The notes under the pieces were generated by a model. That model was given only the letters and a program-made list of their open reading frames with translations, did no database searches and was not told where the DNA came from. A DNA stretch of 63,686 nucleotides, the filler included, from Welwitschia mirabilis (lineage: Eukaryota), in NCBI GenBank assembly GCA_051453625.1. It is 5 parts of one record of this genome, joined end to end, with 100 filler letters (N's around TTAATTAATTAA, not from the genome) between each part and the next. Parts side by side here need not be neighbours in the genome. Positions count along the whole stretch, not along the records: positions 19,056 to 36,485 come from JBOZIK010000001.1; positions 36,586 to 50,790 come from JBOZIK010000001.1; 3 more parts are not named here. The stretch is one strand, 5' to 3'. The translations under genes and the position numbers were made by a program. Of this stretch, positions 27,440 to 40,779 are shown piece by piece (position 1 is the stretch's first letter; every line of letters begins with the position of its first letter).

Positions 27440-30299
27440 TAGCCCCCTACTTAGCCTTATTAGTCCCTGATAAAGTAAGTAACCAAATATATTATGAGCC
27501 AATTTGACTAAGATAANNNNNNNNNNNNNNNNNNNNNNNNNNNNNNNNNNNNNNNNNNNNNNNNNNNNNNNNNNNNNNNNNNNNNNNNNNNNNNNNNNNN
27601 NNNNNNNNNNNNNNNNNNNNNNNNNNNNNNNNNNNNNNNNNNNNNNNNNNNNNNNNNNNNNNNNNNNNNNNNNNNNNNNNNNNNNNNNNNNNNNNNNNNN
27701 NNNNNNNNNNNNNNNNNNNNNNNNNNNNNNNNNNNNNNNNNNNNNNNNNNNNNNNNNNNNNNNNNNNNNNNNNNNNNNNNNNNNNNNNNNNNNNNNNNNN
27801 NNNNNNNNNNNNNNNNNNNNNNNNNNNNNNNNNNNNNNNNNNNNNNNNNNNNNNNNNNNNNNNNNNNNNNNNNNNNNNNNNNNNNNNNNNNNNNNNNNNN
27901 NNNNNNNNNNNNNNNNNNNNNNNNNNNNNNNNNNNNNNNNNNNNNNNNNNNNNNNNNNNNNNNNNNNNNNNNNNNNNNNNNNNNNNNNNNNNNNNNNNNN
28001 NNNNNNNNNNNNNNNNNNNNNNNNNNNNNNNNNNNNNNNNNNNNNNNNNNNNNNNNNNNNNNNNNNNNNNNNNNNNNNNNNNNNNNNNNNNNNNNNNNNN
28101 NNNNNNNNNNNNNNNNNNNNNNNNNNNNNNNNNNNNNNNNNNNNNNNNNNNNNNNNNNNNNNNNNNNNNNNNNNNNNNNNNNNNNNNNNNNNNNNNNNNN
28201 NNNNNNNNNNNNNNNNNNNNNNNNNNNNNNNNNNNNNNNNNNNNNNNNNTCATACAATATAGAAATCATAAAATGTAACATTGATAGCTTAGGGAATGAT
28301 AATGTGTATGCATATTATAGAAATAGAGATAATGGAATAATGTAACAGACTTAAGTAGTGCTAATCTCGAAAGAGTGATACATTTAAGTTCATTAGTGTA
28401 ATTCATAAGGGCAGAGGATAAGAGTAACTATAGCATTTCTTGTTTTTTAAGATAATTTAAAATATAGTTATGGAAAAACTTTGTAAGTGTGATACTATAC
28501 TCCTGCAAGATAAAGTCCATAAATTTATTTAAGTAACATGAAATCAATCCAAATAGCTCATCATATATATGTAATGTGAAATCTTAAAACATGATCCTTT
28601 CAAAATTTTATGCACAAAATCATAGAATAAAGCCTAGAAAGATGTCCTACCCCCTAAAGAAGAAGCAAAACATCCCAAATTATATTAAAGATAATGGATG
28701 AGTATCATTCCATCTATCATAGGAATGAAAAACATGGGATGACAGTGATCACATAAGCTATTTAGAGAGAAAAGATAAATGAAAAAAATTTAGAAAATAG
28801 GCAAACACACAAAAAATAGTAAAAAAATAGAAAGAATGTAGAAAGTGAAGAAATAGCCTAGAGAACATGCTCATGATGGAGAGGGATGCATGGAGAAAAG
28901 TGTAAAAATAGAAGAAAATGCACTAAGTAGAAAGAAATAATGCTCATAAACTATACAAATGTGCTCAAACTCATGGAAAAAAGAAGAACTAGAACTCATC
29001 AGATCCTAGGAACCTATCAAGAAGAGAACAAAGATCCTCTAGGTAAACTAGAAAAATATATTAATAAGAAATAAGAAAATGATTTGATCCTTAATATTAC
29101 GTAGAAATTGTATGGAAAATAACTTTTAAAAATCCAACAAAATAGCTAAAGAAAAAAAAAATNNNNNNNNNNNNNNNNNNNNNNNNNNNNNNNNNNNNNN
29201 NNNNNNNNNNNNNNNNNNNNNNNNNNNNNNNNNNNNNNNNNNNNNNNNNNNNNNNNNNNNNNAATGCTTTGATACATAATATTACGTAGAAAATGTATGG
29301 AAAATAACTTTGAAAAATCCAACAAAATAGCTAAAGAAAAAAAAAATAAAAATGGACAACTAAGAACATGAAGAAAATTGCTTACTTACTCTAAATTCTA
29401 ACCTAAAAAATTCCCTTGGCAACAAGCATAAAATAACTTGATGAAAGATTCATAATAGTATGTGAAAATATATAAAGTACCACTTAAATAAGGATGATTA
29501 TGATGACGTCAAGTATGTCTAATATCATCAAACAATGAATGATAAGATAAAAAGCTGTTAAAATAGGAACTTAGAAGCTATCATATCAAAATAACATGAG
29601 AATCCAAAAAGTAGAGTGATCATGTGGAAGTACTGTAAATAAATAAAATGAGTCTAGTAAATAAGTAATACCTCTAATGACACCAAGAACATCACTAATA
29701 TCATAGCCTCAAAATGAAATTTATTTGACCATAATAAGGGAAGTGCAACCATTGTCAGAGGAGTAAGGACTTATAAAGCATGGCCAACTACACCCCCAGT
29801 GGAGTTCTCATAGCTACCATATCGTACTACCAAAGGTCCCTCTCAAGAAAATTTGTCATGGTGCACTTATGATAGGACATCATGATGATCATATTTTTGA
29901 GATACAACATGAAAGAGCATGGTCTTTATTTCTTTTCTGCTTTTTTTTATTTCTTTTCTTCTTTTTTTCCTTTTTCTTTTTTTTTTAAAGTAACATTCCA
30001 TATGACCAAGTACTTGTAAGAATAAAAGTGAAGTAATGACATGAGTAACAAAGTAAGAACATAGAAAAACAACTAATTAATTACACCATTGAAAGATAAA
30101 AAAATAACCAAGGAATTTTCTTTCAAAATGAAGCTTATAAACATACAAAGATCTAAAGATTAGATGAAGCCAATCTTATCATCTAAATGTCTAAGTAAAA
30201 TATTACTAATTATGGAAACTTCATAAGTAAATACATATGTCAAGTTAAAAATATTCAAATGATAACATGACGTTTGCCTAAGAAATAAGCTAAGAAGGA

Positions 30300-33200
30300 A
30301 TTTAGATAATCACAAAAGGAAGGTCCTCCTCATTGAGAGGGGCTTCCCAAATTAGTGCTTTTATTATGTTCAAGATTTTATCAGAAGATAACTCATAATG
30401 TTTTAACCTTTATCCATTAACTTTTTAAATTTCTCTAGCGTTTGAATTAGAAATTTTAATTAAACCATTTAAACATACTTTTTCAATAAGATAAGGACTA
30501 AACCATTTAGAAGTTACCTCATTATGCAAAAGGTGTATTCAGGTGTTATACAGAAAGACAAGTTGACTAGGTTCAAACTACTTATGAATAATATTTTTAT
30601 CATGTCTGAACTTGGTTTAAGATTTATAAATGAGTTAATGATGTAAAGCATGAATTTGTTTTCATCTAAATGATTATCTTGGGCTGATCAAGTTATAAGG
30701 TTTTCATTCAAGTCTACAAGGTTAAGTTAATGGGTGAATTGATTAGAATTATAATAAACATTAACTAATAAAATAAAAATTTTTCTATACACAAGTTCAT
30801 ATGATGAGAAACTTAGAGAGTTATGCCAAGTAGTACGGTAAGTCTAAAGAGCATTATTAAGTTTAGAGGACCATGTTTTCTTATTGACAGAGACTAATTT
30901 TTGGAGCATCTTTTTAATTTCTTTATTTGAGTTTTTAACTTGATAATTAGTTTGAGGGTAATAAACACAAGTAATTCTATGTTCAACACCAATGGATAAA
31001 GGAAGTTTTTAAAAAATGTGGTTAATGAAATGAGTTTCCTGATCACTAATGATAATTCATGGAAAACCAAAACATTAAAAGATATGAGTTTGAACAAAGT
31101 TGCAAATGGTTTGAGCATCACTTTTAACAGTAGAAACAGAATCTACCCACTTGATAACATAATCCATAGCTACAAAGATATAATTCTTGTCATGAAAAGA
31201 TGGTGTAATAGGTCCTACAAAGCTAATTCCCTAATAATCAAAAGGTTTACATTCAAGTATAGGTTTAAGAGGCATATCGTGAGAATGAGTTAGGTTGCCA
31301 TAACATTGACATGCATCACACCTTCTAGCAAAGTCATATAAAACTTTAAAAAGAGTAGGCCAATAAAAACAAAAGTAAATAATTTTCATAATAGTCTTTT
31401 GGCCACTAAAGTATCCCCACATACTTCATCATGATAAATTTTAAGGATTTCTAAGCTTTTCCACTTAGGTATACATTTATGCATGATTTGATTTTTGCAG
31501 TGTATATAAAGATGGGGTTCATTCCACTCATAGTTATTGATCTATGGAGAAAATATTTTCATTGATTATGGTTCCAATGATAAAACATTTTTATAGTAAT
31601 AAGGTAATTCACAATATCAGCATACCAAGGAGCAAGATGAGTAGAAGCGATAGCATAAAGTTACTTAATTGTAAAGAGTTATTCATTTGAAAAGAATCAT
31701 TTATGGGGAGTTCATCATGAGAGCAAGAAAGTTGAGATAGATGATTGTTAACATTGTTATGTCTTTTGGCCTTATCAATGATGGTGAGATTAAATTATTT
31801 CATGATAAGAATTCACCTAATAAGTCTAGCACTAGAATCATTTTTATTCATAAGATAGCTAATGGTTGTGTGATCTGTGTAAACATAAATGTTAAAGCCA
31901 AGAAGATAATGTCCAGGATGATCTAAGAAAAAGATGATGGCAAGCATTTCTCTCTCAGTATTAGTATAGTTAGATTGGACTTTAAGATAAGATATGACTT
32001 TAAATAATTTTCATGCTTTTATCAAAGAACCCTCCTCACCCCTACAACAATGTTGCTTACATCACACATAAGTTCAAAATCTTTACTTTAATCAGGACTT
32101 GTGATAATATTTTTAGAAGAAATGTTTTCTTTAAGAGTTTTAAATGCAAGTTGGCATGAATTATTCTAATTGAATTTAAAATCTTTTTCAAGTTAGGAGT
32201 GGAGAAGTTTACAAATTCTGACATAATCATGAATAAAACATCTATAAAACCAACATAACTAAAAAAAATCTAACTTGTTTGACATTATTTAAAGGGCTAA
32301 GTTTTTTAATGATATCAACTTTTGTGGGATCCATCCTAATCCCTTCTTTTAAAATGTGATGATCTAAGACAATTCCATGGTTGACAAGGAGAAAAATCTT
32401 TTTACAACTCAAATGTAATCCACTCTCAATAAATCAATCTAGGACTTTCTGTATCCTCTCTATAGTTTGTTCAAAAGTATCACCAAAGATGAAGAAATAT
32501 CCATAAATATTTCAATAGAATCCTTTATCATGTCAGAAAATATTCCATCATGGCTTGTTAAAAGGTTCCAAGGGCATTGCAAATAAAGAGCATTCATCTA
32601 AAATTAAAGGTTTCAAAGAGTGAGGTAAAAGTGGTTATAGCTTAATATTTACTTCCTATGAAACTTTGATTATAGCCACTATATCCATCAAGAAAATAAT
32701 AGTAGGCATGGCCTTGAATTCTATCAAGTACTTTATTAAAAAAAGGATAAAGGATAATGATCCTTTTTAGTGACCTTATTAAGTTTTCTAAAATTGACGC
32801 ACATTTGCTATTTTGTCCTTTCTTACTAGGAATGATATGTTTTTATTTTATTTTTACTAAGTCCTTCCAAAACTTAGAATATTTAGGATTTTTTTATAAG
32901 AGTTTCCAAAAAGGAAAGTTAATGTTTACCTCTTGCATCAAAGTTTTCAAGTGTTTATCAAAGGTAGGGTTTATATTTAATTAATTAAGCTAAGAAGTGA
33001 ATGGTTTATTCCCTTTATTTTCTTATGAGGGATTTTTAGTGGAGGCTTTAGTAGGTGATGTTAATGAAAACTTATATGAATCCAAAATTTCTACATAATC
33101 TTATTCATTCATTTTATTATTTGTAGAAGTTAAAACCTCATGGATAGGAAGTATTGTATCATTTTCACTTCATGTTACTACCTTTATATCTCTCTTACCT

Positions 33201-34740
33201 TTAGTTGGATTAGGTAAAGGTTTAGATGCAAGATACCCTTGTAGTTATTAGTTAACAATAAATATTTCTTAAAGCACATTTACTAAGTTTTCAATATTTT
33301 TGTTAATCTTTTTAATGTTGTTATTGGTTCTTTCAAGATTGCTATTACTCTTATCCTAGATTTTTTTTTTTATTCTTATATGAATTCCTTAAGTGGATTA
33401 TTCTAATTTTGTTGAAAGTTTGAATTTTTAAATCTATTTTCAAAAGGATTTCATATTAATTATCCATCTAATCTTTGTTGAAATTCATATTAGCTTTTGA
33501 AGTTAGGTGTTAAGCACAAAATTTATTAAGTATCCTTTCTTTACAAGTTGGTAAAAATGGGCATTATTTCATTAGATGAGAGTTATCTTTATAAAATTTC
33601 ATAATTTGAAGTTAAGTTTTCTTCATTACTGCTTTTACATCAACTATTATTTATGCATACTTCTCTAAAGTGGTAGTAAAATCTTTCATCAAGTTAGTTG
33701 AGTCCTCTCTTTTCTCTTCCTTTTCATGTTTAACTTTCTTTAAATCTTTTAAAATTTAATCTACAGTTTGATTTTCCTTAGTGGGTTTAGGCTAAGTTTC
33801 TCTTATTTCCATAAGATTTTTCAACAAACTCTATGCTTCTTTTAAGACTAAGTTTAACAAGTTGCCTTCACAATAGAATTTTATAAGTTATTTAGTTGGA
33901 GCATTTAATCCACTATAGAAATAATATACTAGATCTTCTTTACAGAATTCATCAATAGGATTAGAGTGGTTAGCTATTATATAACATTTATAAGCTATTG
34001 GATAATCTCATAAGGTTGTTGTTAAAAGTTGGTTACTTCTTTTCTTCTCTTTCTCATGGAACTTTCACTCAAAAATTATTTGATAAATACTTTTTGTACT
34101 TGACTCTAAGATTTAAAGCTTTTGTATAAAATGGTTTTAAGCTAAATTGTTGCTCTTTCTCTAAGTGTGTCTAGAAAAATAATCATATAGTTATGATTAG
34201 TAATATATTTCTTCCTATTTCCCAAAGTAAGTACAAGTTATTCAATATCAGCCAAATGTTTAAATGGATCTTCCTCAGATTCCCCTAAAAAAGTTGGATA
34301 TGTAGTTAAATTTCTTAATTCTACATCATCTCCAAGAGGTAAATCAAAGGGATTTTGAATTTTACATTTTCTATTGATCATTAAATATCTAAGAGTAATG
34401 CTTACATTCAAGGAAGAAGTTTCTATTATGATTAGAATATTATATGAAGTAACTTACTTTTGTTTTTACAAATATTTTAATATGTTTGACATATTTGAAG
34501 AAGAAACAACATGATCTACTTTTATACTATAATTTTCTTTTATAAAATTTGATGATAAAATAATACAAATAGAAAAATCTTCTTTTTTAATTCTAGGAAT
34601 TTGTGTACCTGGGGTATGTGTACTTGGATTTAGCTTAAAGTTGAATAACCTTTCTTTGATATTTTCTTTGATAAGGTTTCATTCTCTCTAATATTTTATC
34701 TTCCTACCAATATTTAGCATGTCCCTGCATACTCAAGTAA
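30300..34740 (-). pseudogene. D1 gag-pol remnant (gag, RT, RH, IN) with the protease deleted
   Basis: IN ORF fragment 31231-31422 (GYFSGQKT..FYWPTLFK..RRCDACQ), RT on the minus strand ~32810-32100, gag ~34740-33300, all homologous to C. Confidence 0.88.
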
Positions 34741-35304
34741 TAAATAGAAAACTAAAATAAAAATAATAGACTATCATCCACCTGGTCTTGGGAATGATTG
34801 GGAGAACAATGATCATAGTAATAGAAAAATGAAACTCAAAAAAATTACCAAAAGAAAAAAACTATACTATCATCCTAACTATGATGGGGATGAGAGAGAA
34901 GACGATAGTAACTTCATTACTAAACTATGAATAGAAGAAATTTTCAATTAATTATAAAGTACTAAATGCAAAACTATAGACTGTCGTCAATCTGTCATGG
35001 AAACAACAAAGAAAATGACATCGATTTTATTATTGAAATAAGAACAAAAGAAAAATTGTGAAAGTAGAAATTAGTTTTGAAATTATAGAACTGTCATGTC
35101 TAATATCATTAGAATGGTAAAGAGAATGACATCATCCCTAAAACCTATGAAAAATAAAACTTTTCTAAAGTAAACCTATTCTAAGTTACACTAAAAATAT
35201 AGCGCTAATTCAAATAAATAACTTGAATAAAATATTTAAGATACTTATCTAATTAGTGATTATTATCTAGCTCCTTGTGGCCTTCTCTGGTAAAAGTAGA
35301 AAAA

Positions 35305-35749
35305 TGTTGCGATGTGAATTTATACAATCTTAAAGTCCTTTAGATAAATCTATGAATCAAATAACTTGTAGAAAAACACATGCTAGTGTAGACGGGAGTT
35401 CACCTAAATGTCATAATCCCAATGAAGGCACTAGGCTAAGAGTTAGAGAATTGATTTTCAAGATATTTCTAGTCTTTTTATCTTATAAAAACTAAAAGTA
35501 AATAATAAAGTAAATACAATGAAAAGTAAATGAAGATGAAATGCAAATAGAAGTAAAATGAATTCTATTGGTATCTAGTTCTTCTGTCACAAGAACTAGC
35601 TTCTTCATAATTTAGATCAATTAAGAAGAATACTCAACTTATTCCTAATTAACATAAACTATGAGATAGATGAAGTAGAACATGGAATTTCATGTGAAAT
35701 GGAAATGGAATAACAATGCAAATCTAAACTAACCAAAGTCAATTTTAAC
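35305..35749 (-). repeat. 5' LTR of D1 (partial, ends at gap), with decayed PBS at ~35283-35304
   Basis: TGTTGCGATGTGAATTT start as in other C-family LTRs, preceded by a 5' leader homologous to 13225-13650. Confidence 0.8.
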
Positions 35750-36394
35750 NNNNNNNNNNNNNNNNNNNNNNNNNNNNNNNNNNNNNNNNNNNNNNNNNNN
35801 NNNNNNNNNNNNNNNNNNNNNNNNNNNNNNNNNNNNNNNNNNNNNNNNNATTAATAAAAGTAGAAAAATCTTCTACTTTAATTCTAGGAATTTGCATACC
35901 TAAATGTGCATACCTGGATTTATCTTGAAGTCAAATAATTCTTCTCTGATATTTTCTTTGATTAGGTTCCACTCTATTAGATATTTTGTCTTCCTACCAG
36001 AATTTGCCATGTTCTTGCATGATTAGATAGCAAATAAAAGAAATGAAATCAAAGATAATTAACTATTGTCTACCTTGTCATGGGGATGACAGGGAGGATG
36101 ACCATCATAGTAATAAAAAACTAAAACTTAAAAAAAAAAACAAAAGTAAAAAGCTATACTATCATCCAGGCTATCATTGGGATGATAGAGAATATGATAG
36201 TAACTTTATTACTAAATTATGAATAGAAAAAAAGTACAAATTAATTGTGAATTATCCAAAGTAAAACTATAGACTATCATTTAGGATATCATGGGGATGA
36301 TAAATAAGATGACAAAAACTTTATTATTAAAATAAGAACAAAAGAAAAATTGCAAAAGTAAAAATTAATTTTGAAATTGCAGAACTATTCTGTC

Positions 36395-36657
36395 TGTTGC
36401 AACGCCAACTTAAGTCTATGTGATAGGGTATTTTGAGTTGTTTTGCAGATAAACTAACAGATAAATGCCTAGTTCCTAGGACAATNNNNNNNNNNNNNNN
36501 NNNNNNNNNNNNNNNNNNNNNNNNNNNNNTTAATTAATTAANNNNNNNNNNNNNNNNNNNNNNNNNNNNNNNNNNNNNNNNNNNNGTTTGCATCTTATTT
36601 ATAATTAACAGGATTGAAATTGAAATGTGAACTATTGCACAAATACATACCACAATA
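36395..36657 (+). repeat. Family A LTR ends flanking a scaffold gap, inserted in the 5' leader of D2
   Basis: 36395-36485 matches the start and 36586-36657 the end of LTR 18-1113. Flanks CTGTC/GTATC form an imperfect TSD. The D2 leader is collinear on both sides. Confidence 0.7.
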
Positions 36658-36867
36658 GTATCCAATGTTATTGGGATGACAGGGAGGATGATAGAGTTTT
36701 CTAAAAAATATAAAAAATAAAAATTATGAAAATAAACCTAGTCTAAACTATACTTAAAAATACAACACTAATTCAAATACATAATATAAGCAAAAACTTC
36801 AAAGTACCTATCTAGTTAGTGATAATTCACAAACTCCTTATGGACTTCCCTAGCAACAACATCAAAA

Positions 36868-38098
36868 TGTTTTGATGTAAATTTATGTAATCATGAAGTC
36901 CTTTAGATAAAATTGTAAATCATATTACTTGTAGAAAAACATATGCTAGTATAGATAGCAGTTCATCTGAATACCATAATTCCAACAAAGGCACTAGGTT
37001 CAGAGTTAAAAAATTGATTTCTAAAGGTATTTTGGTTTTTTTATCTTTTTAATAACTAAAGGTACTTAAAAAATTAAAATGCAATACAAAGTGAAAGAGA
37101 TAAAATGAAAATGAAAATAGAATGGATTTTATTAGATCCTAATCCTCCTATTACAAGAACAAGCTTCTCTCTAATTTAAATTAATTAAGAAGAGTATTTA
37201 ACTTATTCCCAATTAATGTGAACTATGAGATATACCAAGTAGAATTATAGAATGCAATGTGGAGTAGAAATGGAATAATAATTCAAATCTAAACTAACCC
37301 AAGTCAACTTTAACAAAGGTTATCCTTATGATCTAAATAAATTATATAATTATCACTTTAAACTATAATCAACTTAAATCATAAGGGACATAAATAGAAC
37401 TAAAATGAAAAGAGTAATTATATTAATTCAAAGAGTAATTGTATTAATTCAATAAACTTTACATCCACTTACAATAGAATAGCAGCACCTCAATGGAAGA
37501 TACTCAACCTAACACTAAAGGAAATCCTTTCTGTAGCTACTATATAGAATTTTTATCCTTTAATCTTCCATCATAAGCATATCAGGTATAAAATAGGAAA
37601 ACAAAAATGAAGGAGAGAATGTCACCCTAAAAGTAAAAAGAAAAAAACCCTAACAGTCCAAATGAGTCACTTGACCTCATTACAAAGATAATTATTTTTG
37701 ATTATAAAAAAACAGCTATTGTCCTAATTATTATGGGGAGAGGGGATGTCATCCTACAATAAAAGATGCTTCATTAACTTCATGCCCCATTTTCAATCCT
37801 ACAACGTTTTTTTATGTCAATAGTGTTGTCATCCTTCCTGCCATGGGGATGACATAGAGGACGATAAGCTTCCTTATCTTCAATCTTAAATGTAACTTAG
37901 CCTTTTGCATGATGAATTCTTCTTTCAAATATGTAGTATTATAATAAGCCTAATAAACCTTCAAATATACTAAGAATCACATGTTTCAATGATCATCCTA
38001 TCAGATCTCTATAATCATTGCATGAAAAACCTATATAAATGTCCTACAAAAGCACTCAAAATACATCATCAAATTTCTATAAATTGGCATTGCAATTA
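36868..38098 (-). repeat. 5' LTR of D2, with PBS at ~36846-36867
   Basis: Full-length reverse-complement C-family LTR. TTCCCTAGCAACAACATCAAAA is a decayed reverse-complement tRNA-Asp PBS. Confidence 0.85.
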
Positions 38099-38103
38099 GA
38101 CAT

Positions 38104-39250
38104 CCTTCATCTTTATCATAGTGATGTTTGTAGAGGTTATTTCAATGGACATAAAATAGTAATAAAAGTTCTTCACTCTAATTTTTATTAGCCTATTCTT
38201 TTTTAGGACTATTTTGATTTTGCTAGAATGTGTGATGCTTGTTAATGTTATAGTATTCTTATTCATTACTATGATAGGGCCATTAAACCTATTCTTATAT
38301 ATAAAAATTTTAGTTACTAGGAAATTTATTTTATATGCCTTATTAAACTACCTTCTAAGAATAAGAATTACATTTTATTAATTATTGATTATGTTACTAA
38401 ATAGGTTGAAGCTATTCCTACTTTTATGGATAATATCCAAACTATTTGCAATTTTACTAGAAATCATGTTTTTAATTTTTTGATTTGTTTTAGAATTATT
38501 ATTAGTGATTAAGAAACTCATTTTATAAATCATATTTTAGGAGACTTCTTTTATCCATTAGACGTGAATACAAAGTAGCTATTGCTTATCATCTACAAAC
38601 TAATGGTTAACCTAAAAATGCAAATAGACAAATAAACAAAATGCTTCAAAATCTTATCTATATTAATAAGAAATCTTAGGCTTCTAAAATTAATGATGTT
38701 CTTTGGGCTTACAATACTACTTGGCATAATTCTCTTTATTTTTTACTTTATTAGCTTGTGTACAAAAAATTTTGTATTTTACGAGTTGATGTGTATTATA
38801 CTCTTATTGTTCTTTCCCTCAACTTAAGTTTGTAGACTTTCATGAAAATTTTAAAAATAGATTAGTCCAACTTAATAATTTAAATGAAAAATATACTCAT
38901 GCCATATATCGTTAACTCATTCATAAAGCCCAAGCTAAGTTTAAACATGATAAAAAGATACTTCATAAAAAGTTTGAACTTGATTAACTGGTTCTTTTAT
39001 ACAATACTAGAATGCATATTTTACATAATAAGTTGAACTCTAAATTATTAGATCCTTATCTTATAGAAATGATATATCTTAATAACTCAGTTAAGATCTC
39101 CAACTTATATACTAAGGATATTTAGAAAGTTAATAAACAAATGTTGAAATCATATGAAAAACCTTCTAATGTAATCTTAAATAGGATAAAAGCACTTATC
39201 TTGGAGATTTTCTTCCATGAGGAGAACTTTTTTCCTACCATTATCTAAAT
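38104..39250 (+). pseudogene. Element B integrase core and C-terminus
   Basis: AIAYHLQTNG (~38580), LWAYNTTW (~38700), GPY/F-like DPYLI (~39050). No chromodomain seen. Confidence 0.85.
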
Positions 39251-40779
39251 TCTCTCTTAGCTAGTTCCTTTAGTGGATGTTATGATATTATTTGATTATC
39301 TTCAACTTGACTTATGTATTTGCTTTATGAAGTTTTCATGACTAGTATTCATACTTAATTATTTTATAGTGATAATATTAGGTTCACCTAATCTTAAGAC
39401 ATTAATATAAGATATTTGATTATTTAAAAGTGTTTTTAATCTTTTATATCACTTCTTTATCTTCATCATTTATAGTATGTGATTATGTGATATTGATTTA
39501 TTCACACAAAAAAGAAAGAAAGAAAGAAAGAAAAAGAAATAAAGATAAAGAATAATGACCATGATCTATTTTATCTATGCTAAAATATAGTCACCGTGAT
39601 GTCCTACATACCAAGGTAAACATTTCTAAAAGAAACCTTTGGTAACATGGTAGTTGTAGAAACTCCACTAGGGAGTTAATTGGTTCTACATCGAGTTGGT
39701 TCCACATCGAGGGTCCTTAATTCTCTGATTATGATTATGCTCCCTTCATGATAGAAGATAGTAATAAAAGCTTAAGAGTATGGGATAAGTAGTGTTTTTA
39801 GTATTATTAGAGGAATTACTTATTTATTAGACTCCTAGTATTCCCACATGATCATTTTACTTTTAAGGATTAGGAAGTATTTTGGGGTGTGAGCAGGTGA
39901 GTTCATTTCTAAGCAACTTTTGGTCTTATCATTGATTATTTAAATCACTTGATCTTTGTTATTGTTATAATCACTACCGTTTCAAATGGAATTTTATGGA
40001 TTTAGTGCATTTTATCATGCATATTTGCTTAGGTTACTTTATGATGTCTTGCTAGGTATGCTATCTTCTTCATATCCCTAGTTGTCTATTTTCATTCTAT
40101 TTTTTATTTGGTTATTTGGTTTGTTATTTTAAATTTATTTCTATAATTTTTCATCATCAATTTTAGGACCTTATCATTTGGTAGTTTTCTTATTATTATT
40201 CTCATTTTCACTCATTTTATTTTATCAAATAAAGTTGATTTTCTTTTAGAATTTTGATGAGATGATATTCTTTATGATTTTTATGATATTACTTTAAGTC
40301 CTTTAAAGTTCTACATAATTTTAATATCATTTTTTAGCTTGGGAACATTTTTTAAGTTTTCTTTATTATGATTCATCTTATTAGTACATTTTCATTGCCT
40401 TATCTTTTAATTATTGGAGTTTTCCTTATTACTGATCCTTATTCATCACGATTCTTCATCATTCCTTATCTTTTGGATTTTTTAATAGATTCTAATATCT
40501 TCATACTGATATTTGAGCCTAAAATTTTTTATTGATATTTTTATTTTTCTAAAACTTTCAAAGTTCCATCATTCACCTAATCATCTAGATGACTTGATAA
40601 ATGATAGCTTGACTTTTTTAATAGTTATCCTAGAATAGATGATGAAACTAGATGACAGTGTGTTAAAACTATGGCTTGAACCTTTTTTACACCATTTTCT
40701 TTGTTCTTGCATCGTTTTTATCCATTCTTTTAAGAGACAATTATCATTTTTAGTTCTACCAACAACTTGGATATTTCAC

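Larger units (their letters stand above)
26195..38098 (-). mobile_element. Block D: Athila-type element (D2 LTR pair) nested in the integrase of B, with a second copy (D1) inside
   Basis: TSD GACAT at 26190-26194 and 38099-38103. The B integrase reads EKLD-ILHLYHSDVCRGYF across the junction. LTRs at 26195-27439 and 36868-38098 share diagnostic variants. Confidence 0.8.

Noticed and set aside
39590-39700. Possible hammerhead ribozyme in the conserved post-pol block
   Set aside because: No CTGATGA core correctly paired with GAAA could be found in either copy.
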